From Phoronis australis (lineage: Eukaryota > Animalia > Phoronida), in assembly GCA_002633005.1 (NCBI GenBank), contig NMRA01000015.1, positions 959,598-1,023,597 of the forward strand: a stretch of DNA of 64,000 nt. The letters are read 5' to 3'. The notes beneath the pieces were generated by a model. The model made no database searches and was not told the origin of the DNA. It was given only the letters and a program-made list of their open reading frames with translations. Of this stretch, positions 38,037 through 50,000 are shown piece after piece. Each line of letters opens with the position of its first letter. The first letter of the stretch is position 1. The position numbers and the translations under genes were made by a program.

Positions 38037-41000
38037 ATGGAGAAGGTAAGTTGACCATGACGTAGTCATGAGTAATTGGAGTTTTATAAGTATTAACATA
38101 TCAATACTCGTATTCTCCGATATTACACGTTTGTTGTTCGTTTTGTTCCCAGCTGACAGCAAGATAACACTGATTACTTGTATACGTGGCCACTGTTGGT
38201 ATGACTTTTCATCAAAATCAAATGGTTTGGTTATGGGAAGACACTACAACGGAAAGGACAAGCACTATTTATAAGACGTTATGCATCGTACTGATACTAT
38301 AAATTAGTAAAGAAGTTTGTTTCATAGTCATTGGTAGATCAAAACTTCATTTCGTTCAAATATTCATCATTTCCAGAGATTGTGATTAAATAGTAGAGGC
38401 TGTACAGAGGCGTATCTGAACTAATTGCTTGTCCGAGGCATAGCTTTGCTCGAACTGTAGCCGCACACTAATTTTATNACTCGGTCGCCACCAATTTCAC
38501 TCTTCTCCGTTTGGATCGCCACAAGTCTCATCTCCGTTGGTTGCCGCCAATTTCCTCCTCCACCCCCCGGTCGCCATCGATTTCACCTTCCTCTCCCATA
38601 TTTCTTTTCCCAATGGGTGCTCTGCTGCCCAATATTTTTTTGTTTTGCCCGAAATTTCCTTAAATTTTGCCAGAATCTTGGGGACAATTGCACTCTTGCC
38701 CCTTGCTAAAACGCCTATGCATGTACCGGTATATGAAGAAAAGTAAAACTATAAAAAGGCTCTTCGGAAACACTGATAAAACTAAAATCCAACAATATGG
38801 AGAAGAGGGCAGTATCTCAGCAGACGTAAAAATTTGTTTTTAAAATTGTTGTTGATTTATTCGATCGAGGAAATTGTTTTGGTTAGTTTAGGGCCTATAT
38901 CAAAAAGCAGCATGTGTTCGGATGAGCAGTTCGAAAACATTGCTGATGAATAACATCCCCGCTAGAATTTGAAACTGGTCGAACTAAAGAATAATTTACA
39001 GTTCTAAGTATCAATTTTTACAATTATTTGCAAACGTTTCATGTGACTCTTAAATATTTATTTGTTGTTGGCCACTTCAGTGACAGTACTGCTTTCCAAT
39101 AGGGCCCTCAATAACAAAATATAAAACAGTAATATAATACAATAATGTAGTAAAACAATAATTAAATACATGTAACAAAGAAACAATTAAATCTGGTTAA
39201 GAATTTAGATAATAAATAAATGACGAAGGTGATGAAGATTTGACTAAGAGAGGTGCAATTAAATAAAGAGATGATACTAATACAGTAATGAAAAATGACG
39301 TAATTAAGACAAGTAAGGTGTAAGAATGGGTAAGTATATTACAGCCACTTTTTAATATTAAGTTAGAAAGTATTAATTGAATCGGACCTATAATTTATGG
39401 GCTAAAAGTATTCCGTATTGCAACAGCAGCATAAATAAAAGATCTCTTGTCCGTCTCAATTAACTCCATGAAATTAATAACGTAAAAGAACTTAGCAATA
39501 TAGAGATAACAAGTGGTTACTGTAGCTTTCATCGTCTCACCGTGTTACAGGACATGGATACTGTCCTCATACTGGTACTTACCGATACCTAAACAGTCAT
39601 TACCATATTTTAGTGTTCTGAAACGTTTATTTAGTCCGACTACTTAGAAAGCTGCTTCACAATCACTGTGAATGATAAACAGACACATTTACGTTTAAGC
39701 TGACTTAAAGTAAAACTTTCCGACTGGAAACAGTCGGATTGTTACGTCAGAGTGAGCCAAAAAAGAGTAGTCTGTTCTGTTGTGCAATTTTTTTCGAAAT
39801 AGAAAATTCGCTCGAGACGAGCAAAAATGATGCGGAACTCATGCTTTTTTACTTATAGCTTGGCAAATTATAGCGTTTCAAATCCCTTTCTTATGCTCCA
39901 TTGTGCAGCTTTTCAAAAAAAAAAACAAAAAAAACAAAAAAAAAACAAGGGACCTTGGCTGAGATTTATGCGGAGGCTTTTTTAGTCGTTAGGTGCATTC
40001 TCAAAGTGAGTCGGGATAAAGATCAAAACAAGCTTTGTTTTTTTGGACTAATATGAACGCTTCAATTCTAAATTTATGAAGATTTTCCAAGTATTACGGA
40101 ATATCGCATTTGCATAAACCGGCGATATTGAACAGCATTTTTTAATGCTATGAAGGGCGGCAAAAATAAAATCATGATGTAGTGGGACGTAGGCGCAGCC
40201 AACCACCTTTTGGCATTTGAACTTTGCGCCTACGCACCGTAAGTTACGTTCAGTGCTCAAGGTGATACGGTGGGCTTTGGGCGCCTACTTACCTCTAATT
40301 TTACCACTGCAGCACTGGCAAATAGTTTCGAGATCACGAAACTAAACATTCACTGTAATTACTCAGTTTCATCATTCTAAACCTCAGTGTCGTGAAATTT
40401 CCAGAATTTGAAAAGCAAACAAAACAGTTTGGTTAATTTGGCTCGATAAATGGAAAGAATATGGTTTTACTAGTGACGGAGAAATAACGGTAAGCATAAA
40501 GTGTGCGTTCTGATGTTACTTTACCCGGGGGTAAAAATGTGCCCTGATCAAGTGTGGAGCATAAATCGTTTGCTTAATTGATTGGGGAAAGTATGGCAAT
40601 ACTTGATTTTGGCGAAAAATACGACTGAAAAACACTGAACAAGAAAATGTGGACTACTGAAAGAATAGGTAATCTCATTTTGGGACTGTCGGTGGGTTGA
40701 ATGTCCGTAGAAAAATGTACGAAATTTAACCAACTAGGCCGCTGTACAAGTTGAATTTTATTACAAAACTGTCAAAATAGCTCCCCCACAGACTTTTGAG
40801 AGAATGAGCATATTCAGAAAAGTGAACTCAGAATCCTGCTTAAACCCAAGATCGCGTATGCGTGAACTCGGATTATTCATTTGGACAATCAGTTGAAATT
40901 TTTTGTTCAGTGTAAAGAATTTTGTAATTATTGTCCTCATGATCACCCATTTTCCCCTTTGCCCTAACTTGTGTCTTAGAATCGAAGAAATACATGAATC

Positions 41001-44000
41001 TTCATTGTTTGACTAATAAGATCGCCAATTGGTCGAAAAAGAATTGAAGATTCCAAGTTCCCGCACAGCATTCCCGTTTCTTACGAACAATAGACGGCGC
41101 TACCTCTCAGCGGCCTTGACTTTTACTGAAAAATGCGTTCCTGGAGTCGATGATGTTGTGGACGTAGGTAAGCTTATCGGTCACATTTTTGTTTCTGAGA
41201 AGATCTAGGAGAATGTTGTGAATGTACGTTTACGAATAACACGACAAGGTGGTTGTTGGATTTTAGCTAACAATATCCTAAGCTGTTATTTTACTGCATC
41301 GTAACGACTGTGCTTTCCAACCCAGCGCTTTGTTTCAGCGGCGGTGGTCCATACGTTTAGCGTCAGTTGGCCTACTACATCATACCCATTTTCGACACTA
41401 TGCTCACTTGTTAGCGGGACCGTTCTGCTTTTGGGCATTCTGCTCTGTTTCTCACTGAAAACCAGAAAGACCAGTCCCGCCCCTTGTATAATATACCCCC
41501 ACCCCCCTTGGCCTTAGGCTTGAAGGCCCCTACCTCGCAATCCTTTTTGATGTTCTTAATTCCTTTACTTTTGTAATTAAGTTAAATCCTGTTACCACGG
41601 GAATTTTCTTGCATGAGTATATGTTAAAATGATAATAATGTTTTCATCTTATGGACACAGGCGTCCTCAGCTTCTGATCGTCTGTGCTTATGGATGGTCA
41701 GCCTTGGTGCATAAAATCAGCTTTCCTCTGATGTGGGGAAAACATGGTCAGTTACTATCTAATGCAAAATCAATTTCCTTAAATTATACTCTTCCTTGAA
41801 TAAACTGAATTAATTACCTATTCTAAAAAAATTCCTTTCTACTGGTTTTCTGCTTCTAAAGTTGTGCATGGAGATCAAATTTTTCACTGGAGTGTCGATT
41901 GATTCCCAAATTTTGCATGCCATGAAAAGCATTCTATGTTGACACGATCAGTTAAAATTGGGCAACTCTGACTGTTTGCTAACCTTGAAATCTGCCGGCG
42001 TCCTCAAAGAAACCATCCAGCTGTAGACAATTACATGGACTGTGGAGGCAGCAGGCTGTTGGTGTTATAGATTTGCTAGCTTAGCTAAACTTGTTTGTCT
42101 GCAGCCTACAGTCTACACTGGCCTACAGTCTACGCTGGCAGCCTGCAGTCTACGCTGGCAGCCCGCAGTCTACGCTGGCAGCCCGCAGTCTACGCTGGCA
42201 GCCTGCAGTCTACGCTGGCAGCCTACAGTCTACGCTGGCAGCCTGCAGTCTGCGCTGGCAGCCTGAAGTCTACGCTGGAAGCCTGCAGTCTGCGCTGGTG
42301 GCCTGCAGTCTGCGCTGGTGGCCTTCAGTCTGCGCTGGTGGCCTGCAGTCTGTGCTGGCAGCCTGTAGTATAGACTGGCGGCCTGCAGTATAGACTGGCA
42401 GCCTGCAGTCTGTACTGACGGCCTGCAGTCTGTGCTGGCGGCCTGCAGTCTGTGCTGGCGGCCTGCAGTCTGTGCTGGCGGCCTGCAGTCTGTGCTGGCG
42501 GCCTGGAGTCTGCACTGGCGGCCTTCAGTCTGTGCTGGCGGCATGCAGTCTGTGCTGGCGGCCTGCAATCTATACTGGCAGCTTACAGTCTACACTGGGG
42601 CTAGCATTAAGACAATATTCTGCTTCTGGCATTAATTCTTGGCCTCAGTGTACAACATAATGGGGATTACCAAAGCTCATAAACCAGCTGTTGGAAATTG
42701 TGGAAAACCAAGTTTGGTGTACAGTTAAAGCTGGTTTAGTTAGTTAAAGCTCTATATGTTGGTATGAGTTTCAGGAAGGAGGTGTCATGGTCTACTTGAA
42801 GTTAAGACATTGAACATTGGCTTTTTGTCATGTAGGAGATCATGTGACAAAATATTTTAAGTATAGTTAAATAATGACTAATGAAATCTGAAATTTATTA
42901 AACTGTGAACTTCAACATTGTGCAATTAGTAGTTTGAATACATTAAATGGTCAAGGAGTTATTTTATTGGCACGTCTCAGCATGTAGTAATGGTGTTTCA
43001 CTCGAGCACAATTTAAAAAAAATGTCTGCATTAGCCTTGAAAACGGCTATCTTTTTGGTTGGTTGTTTTTGGCTGTGTCTGGAGACTTGTGCCCCTAAGT
43101 CAGGATATGATATTTTTTATTGAATTTTACCATTAAATCATTTGCATTAATTACCATAACTTGTTATTAGACTTTCATGAATGCACGACTTTGTAATTGA
43201 ATTGTCCTCTCCCATGTATGCATAGTAGTGATACAGACTGTTTCAAAAGCAATCTTCTTTTGGAATAACATGTATCTTAAAATTAATAAATTTGTTTGTT
43301 TTTTTCTAGTTTGATAAGATCCTGATTTTCTAAGTTCAGCCTAATGACAACAGGCAGAACGGGTTTTGAACATTTGCAAAGAGTGACTTAAATGTTGAAA
43401 ATGAAATTCATCTTTTACTTGTGCGTCCTTTATGTAACGATCTACGCCAGTATTTGCACTTGTCAGAATAATCGATGGCACTTTTGCGGACTTATGAAAA
43501 AACTGCTAAAGAAATACGGGAATCTATTGTTCATCTGTAAAATGTGTGCTCCTGTGTTCTTGTTGATATGTTATTTTTTGTAATGTTCTAGTGGCCATAT
43601 GACTAGCACATGAAGTATAATTGTATGCAAGAACTGGTCTCAAGTGCTGCTCACATGACTGTCAGCTGAGGGATCTCTTAACCCCACCATGACCTTTACT
43701 GGCAGCTGCTGAATGCTAGGATTTCACTGTTTGTTGATGTGGGTCAACCATGTATTTGAAGCCCTGGAAACTTATGTTCCTTCATAGTGCATGTAGTACA
43801 TTGTACATGTAGGCATGTGTCCCATGTGTATTGTTGTTATCCCTGTCTGGCTGTCTGCTCATTATCTGAAAATACCCTGTTTGACATTGAAAATTGGAGC
43901 AAGGGGGTATTGGGTGTATAGTGCTTCATTAAGGCAGTGCATACCACTTTTCAGTCTCCCTTACTCCCTTCTATTAAGGGACCAGCTTTTCAATATTTTT

Positions 44001-47000
44001 AGGGAAGAACGTTTCCAGATGATGTCTATAGAACTAATACAGAGATTTCAATGAAAGTTGATCTCTAGACGTATTTGATGGGTAGTGCTCTGTTACCAGT
44101 CGAGGACTTAAACATACTTTAAAGTGGTCATCCATTGAGAACCGATTGATAGATTTCAGCAAAACTTCACACAGAGATATGTGCCAGCATCAGCTGATGT
44201 TTGGGCAAATTGCACCACTGCAGCACCCCCTAGTGGTCATTCTGACAGATTTCAATGAAATTTAACACAGATAAATATGTTACAGCCCTGTGCCAGCACT
44301 AGTTGATTTTCAGGTGGATTGAAATTTTGCAGTATCCCCCCAGTGGCCATCTTGTTCTGTAGACCAGTTGTCTGCCCAGTATTTCAATAACCCTTGTTTG
44401 GATAATATCCTGCGCAGAAGTGTAAAGAGTCACTTATATCAGTGTGTGCTACTTTTCAATCTGCTCGCCTCCCAAGGACATGGGGCAAGTCTTCAGTATT
44501 TTTGGGGAAGGGCCTTTCCGGAACCTTGTTGACAGATTTCAATGAAGCTTGAAACAATAGTTTATTATGATAATTAGATGGCACCAGTTGGTTTTCAGAT
44601 GGATTCAACCACAGCAGCACCCAAGATTATTGGCCATTTTGGTCTGAACAGGGTCTCTTCATTCAAAGAGCATTCTGGTTGATATCTAAAGAACCAACAA
44701 ACAGATTTCAGTGTGACGACACCTAGCAATTAAATTGAGTACTGCAGCACCCCCAGTGGCCATTTTGTTGGGTTGTGCTGTTCTTAATTATTTGCTCAAT
44801 ATTTCAAAAATGCCTGGTCGTATTTTAACGAAATTGGGCGCATAGGGTGCTCTGGGCATCTTAATGGTGATGTTTGCTGTAAATTCAATCTGCCTGCCCT
44901 CAGTCTCAGGTTATAATATAATGGCCGCGTTTTTTAGTATTTTTGGAGAAAGGTATTCCCAGATGATATCTTGATTGACGGATTTCAATGACACTTGACT
45001 CAATGTTTTGTGATGACTAATATTCAGACAAATTTGTCCACTGCAGTACCGCCTATTGATCATTTTGGTCACACAAAGGGCTGCCTTTAGTACTTACTGG
45101 AAGAGCATTTCGGGGTGGTATCTAGAGATTCAATTGTCAGGTTTCAATGAAACTTGACATAGATTTTTTTCACTGCAGTGGTTTTCCGGACAGATTTGAC
45201 TAGTGGAGCACCCTCTAATGGTAGTTCCTTATCATTATAAACAGCAGCAGATTGATAGTGAGCAGAAGTACCGGTAGATTACATTTGACATGTTTTGGAT
45301 CCCTAGTGCTGTGTCTCTTTGTGGCATATTTACTAGTATTTCTTTGCTCAAGATTTTGAAAGCTGATCATTCTCATATTTGTTTGACTTGATGTTAGGTT
45401 TAAAAAGTGAGGTACTAACACTTTTTGTCAATTCTGACTATTGCAGCTACCCCTTGTGGTCAAATTCTTTTTTCCTTCTTCCAGTGGCGGATCTAGGATA
45501 TCACAAGGGGGGGGCCCAACATTTTGTCCGGCTGTAAGCATTTGCGCAAACTGAACCACGATTGTAGATGCGCATAGCACCGAATGGGGGGAGGAAATTT
45601 TTCTGTTTTTACCTCTAAAAATCAAGCATTTTCCGTGATTCCTGAAGTATTATCCAAGAAAAAAGGCAAAAAAAACACAAAAACAGAGAACGTGTCAAAC
45701 AGGAAAAACTGCAAGTACCAAAGACTCGAACTCACGACCTGGCGGATAGAGCACGCGTGCGTTACCACTGCACCACCACGATTTAACTGTTAATGTCTTA
45801 CTAAGAGAACTACTTGTTTATGGTCCACAGCGTTTGCGCGCGAAACCTACTTCTTTTTGTAATGCTTATTACACGTTTTATATTTTGTGACATCAATTCT
45901 TAACAAATTTGTCGTATTTGAAATAGTCTTCAAATGCCCAAAAGACCAAATCCATTTTTCGTGTTGGCAATAATGACGGGATTGCTTTGGAAGTCGTCTT
46001 AAGATAAGGTTTGACAAAGAGAGTATTGCGAGTTTCTGAGTGATTCACTAAGGCTTCGATTAAAATTCACATCTTACCAGCAGCTTCTGTTTTTTCATCG
46101 TCACTCAGGTTCTATTTTCTTTAAAAAATGAAGTAAATTTTCTTCATTGCACTGTGGAGCAGACGACGGAAACGGAGTCGTAGTGCGCAGCGCCACTGCC
46201 GGTCGCCTGGGATATCGCGGGAGAGCCTATACTTAGCGATAGTTCCGTTACGAATGCGCTGTGTTCCGAATTTGACACTTGAAATTGGATTTGAGCCCCC
46301 CCCCAACATTAAAACTGCACACATTTAAATCTTTTTTCATCCGTATAATTTTAATTACCGGGGTTAATTAATAAACTCACCATTTCCCTACGCTCTTACT
46401 GTTTTATTTTTTGCGGCAGCCAAGGGGGGGGCCGGGCCCCCCCCCCTAAATCCGTCTATGTCTTCCTTAGGTGGCGCTGTCAGCTCATCTTGCCAGAAGT
46501 AATGGAAACTACAAAGTGTTTTATATGCCACATTCAGAGTAAAAAAACAAGCTGAAATTTTCTTTTTTATTATTTTCTAGGAATTCATTAAAATAAATTT
46601 CACATGTGCCGCCATATTGTGTGNTTAAGACAATTTATGTTAGTTGTACTGTCTGGCAGATGTAGTTTTATTTGCACATGTTCGAACTTCCAAGAGGAAT
46701 ATCAGAATTTTTCTACATCAGTCCATGACACAAGAATCTTGCGAGTGAAGTTAATGTGATCACATGCTTCGCTTAAAATGCATGAAGATATCTTGCCTGA
46801 ATACTCTAGTGATCTTGCGTTTTTTTTTTGAGAGTATTGTGTCTATATGAAACGGGCTCCTAGTCACAAGTATTCTGACTGGCTGTTCTTACACACGTAG
46901 AAAGAGTTCTGAAGTTGCCATCTGCTGTTCTGGTTTTGTTATTTTATCATCTGCCATAGGTCAATTTGTGACTACAGATATTACAGACCAGGTATTGCTG

Positions 47001-50000
47001 AAACTTACAGAAGATATGAAACAATTGATACACCACAAGTAGATCCACTAGGCTGGTTGATTTTTTCCCAAGAAGTATAAATTTACAAATTATTTGTTGA
47101 TTTTTCGCAGTGAACTCTTGACTTCTGGCCAGTTTTGTTTTGACGCGAGGAATCTTCGTGGTGTTGTGGAGAACTGTGCTGTGTTTTATTACATGAACCC
47201 TTTCATACGACAGTCGGCTATTCTTTATTATATGTTTCAATTAATTCATGTGGTACATCGCTTACAAACCTGATGTCAGACAACGAAATTCTCATGAAAA
47301 CCAGTTTTTTGGCAATTTGGAAAATCAAAGTTTCAAGGCATGTCATAAACGTATAAATGGATTGTAAAACATTTAAACTCAGTGATGGAGGAATTTGTCA
47401 GATTATTTGTGTGTTTGCTGATTTGTTGCTTGTTCGATGTAGAAGTTTCTTTAGTCTAAGAGATGTGTGAACTTTAAGTGAGGGCATCTGTGGATAGCTC
47501 AGTGACCTGGGAAGTACCGGTACTTTCTTTGGGAACATGTTACTGCAAAAAAATGCCTGTGCAGGGGTCTCTGTTGGATTTTTGAAAAGGGTCAGTCTTT
47601 ATACAGACATATGCAGCTGTGTAGCTTGCCAGTAAATTATAAACCAGTTGAAACCCTGCCTGTGATGGAATCAACAATAAACACGTTGAAAATCAGAAAT
47701 GTTCTTGCTTTGTTGAAATAATATGATACAAGAGAAAATTCAAGAAATTTTCGTGTTGACTGTTTTAACTGTGTTGAACTCAAAGGGACATCTAACAGAA
47801 AACATGACTAGTATGTTCCATAGCAATCTATTTGTGTTGTCAGTCATCTATTGAATTCTTTTTTTAAGGTCGTGTTCATGTTGTTACCAACAGATACCAG
47901 GAGATAATTTTCTCAACTTGTCTCATATTTCAGGTTATTGATGCACCAGTTTTTGTCATAGACAGACAACACTGTGGATATGAGAACCCCGCCTTCGAAC
48001 CCGATGAGAATGAGATAGATAGGCACGTAGATTCACCGAGACGTTTGTCTAATGAGTATCTTGAGAGTGGCATCCCTAAGTTTGGCTCTCAGTCATTCTA
48101 TAAAGTAACAGATTTTGATTCTAAACGAAGGCTGTCTCTGGACTCAAGAATGGAGGAAGAAGAAAGGGGTGAAAGGTCCCCACTTAAGAAGTTACACCCT
48201 GGGGTTCACGTAGTTACCATCGATCATGCCTGCTATTCTGAGCCAGATTTGGCGCAGAAGAATCATGCACTAGTTAATAATATGAATGATGATCCTGCCA
48301 ATGGACAGATATTGGGATTGTCTCCGATGTTACACACGCATCGTTCTGCACCACAACTGTCTAACCTTACTGTGCATTTGGAAGAGGTGGCGCCACCATC
48401 CACAGAAATTCATGATGGTATGAATATTCACTGTGTTTTTTGCCCGTACTTTTGTAGTTTAGTGATTATTAGCCACTGGTATTTACTCTCTTTATGTGAG
48501 CCCAATTACAATAGGTCCCTCTCAGCAGTCACGTAAGATGGCCAATCTCTGGCTGCCACTGTGTGGACCTGTAACTTGAGCAATGGACAAAGGCATGAAC
48601 AAAAATAGAGGAGGGCTTGTTTTGGCAAAGTGCAGGCCGCCAGTGCGACCTCAGATTTTGTATGGGGACCAAGGGTAAAAATCCCAAGTCGTCACGTCCA
48701 AATCCAAGCATGTGCTTAAAATACTGCAGGAAGTAAAGAGACACTTGGAGTCAGAATTGTTCGGCAAAAACCAGAAGGGCCTGTTCGCCCGTTCATGAGT
48801 CATGCACAGATAACGTATCTTGATCGTCTGCCTCTCATTAGGTAGAAAGTGGGCCCTCAGGTGGATATTAGTCATTATTGAGCGTACAATATACCCCATA
48901 TTTTCTGTTCAACTAAACAAAGAAAAAGTCTGCTTCGGCATCCTCGGAATATTTCGATGGACATTCATTCAGTTCTTCGTTTCGGATATTTTTGCTTTTT
49001 AATTTTGTGTTGCCAGCAACGCATCATTTGTAGCGGCCAGGACTTTCGCACGTCTGCATGCAGAGTGTCCTGGTTTTGGCAAACTCGGTATAATTTTACC
49101 AGGTCACATTTTGTGAGTTGATTATATTATGTTAAGCGTCAAGCCCTGTACAGCGTAGGTTACGATAACAGTAAGCTACATTGAGTGGATGCAGCGTTTG
49201 TATCAGCATCAATGTTATGTTGAAATATATCAACTTGGTATTACTTTTTCAAAGGCCACGAGTGGACTTTTCCCATTGACTGGTTCACATCAAAAAAGCG
49301 AGGAAAAACAAAAGAAGATTGTAATCTACCAAAGAGTGTCAGGTAAGTTGGTTATTTATTTAAAGAACAGTAATTATAAAGATGCTTTTAACTCTAATTT
49401 TGTTTCTCTTGTTGAAACTCGCTAACTGTTGTTCCTGTTGTCACAATTTAATTAAGGAAGACTTTGATCAGTTTCAAGTCCATAACATTCCTTAGCAAAA
49501 GCATGTGGACTGACCCTACTCGAAAATGAAAATAGTGCAAGAAATAATTGAAAATTGCTCCAAGACGAGTCTTTGTGAGTTGTCTTTTCTCAAAAGTTTA
49601 CTTTTAGCATAGAGCTGTTATTTCTTTTGATATCGAATGGTGAACAAAACCATACTGTTTATGTAATGTGTGCTTGTTTGCTAAAGTTATCTCTCTACCA
49701 ATGTTGGATAAGAGGATCACTTTAGGTCAAACGTGGATTGTTTGACCTGACTATACTCACTCAGTTTGTGTCAAGGACAAATTGCTTACTTTGACCTAAT
49801 TACTAGTGCAGCAGTAGCTAATCTGTAGCTGTGTTTTTTCCAAAAACATAAATTTAGATATGGGTGACAAGCAGTATATCAATTTGAACACAGAAACCAT
49901 TTTTTGGAAACAGTTCTTTTCAAACAAGGAGTGTAGTCATTGAATAAAGTTAATTAAATTCATTAAATTATTAATTTCAGTTAAAATCTGAAAGACCTCA

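Noticed and set aside
36200-38700. TGCACTC metal-response-element-like heptamers upstream of or near the CDF start
   Set aside because: Isolated 7-mers are expected by chance, and one lies within a transposon; there is no clustering.
42042-42660. Cluster of overlapping repetitive ORFs on both strands; superficially CRISPR-like periodicity
   Set aside because: A pure head-to-tail 20-bp minisatellite without unique spacers; the ORFs are a by-product of a stop-poor unit.
38478-46624. Single ambiguous N bases at 38478 and 46624
   Set aside because: Assembly ambiguities in non-coding DNA with no biological inference.
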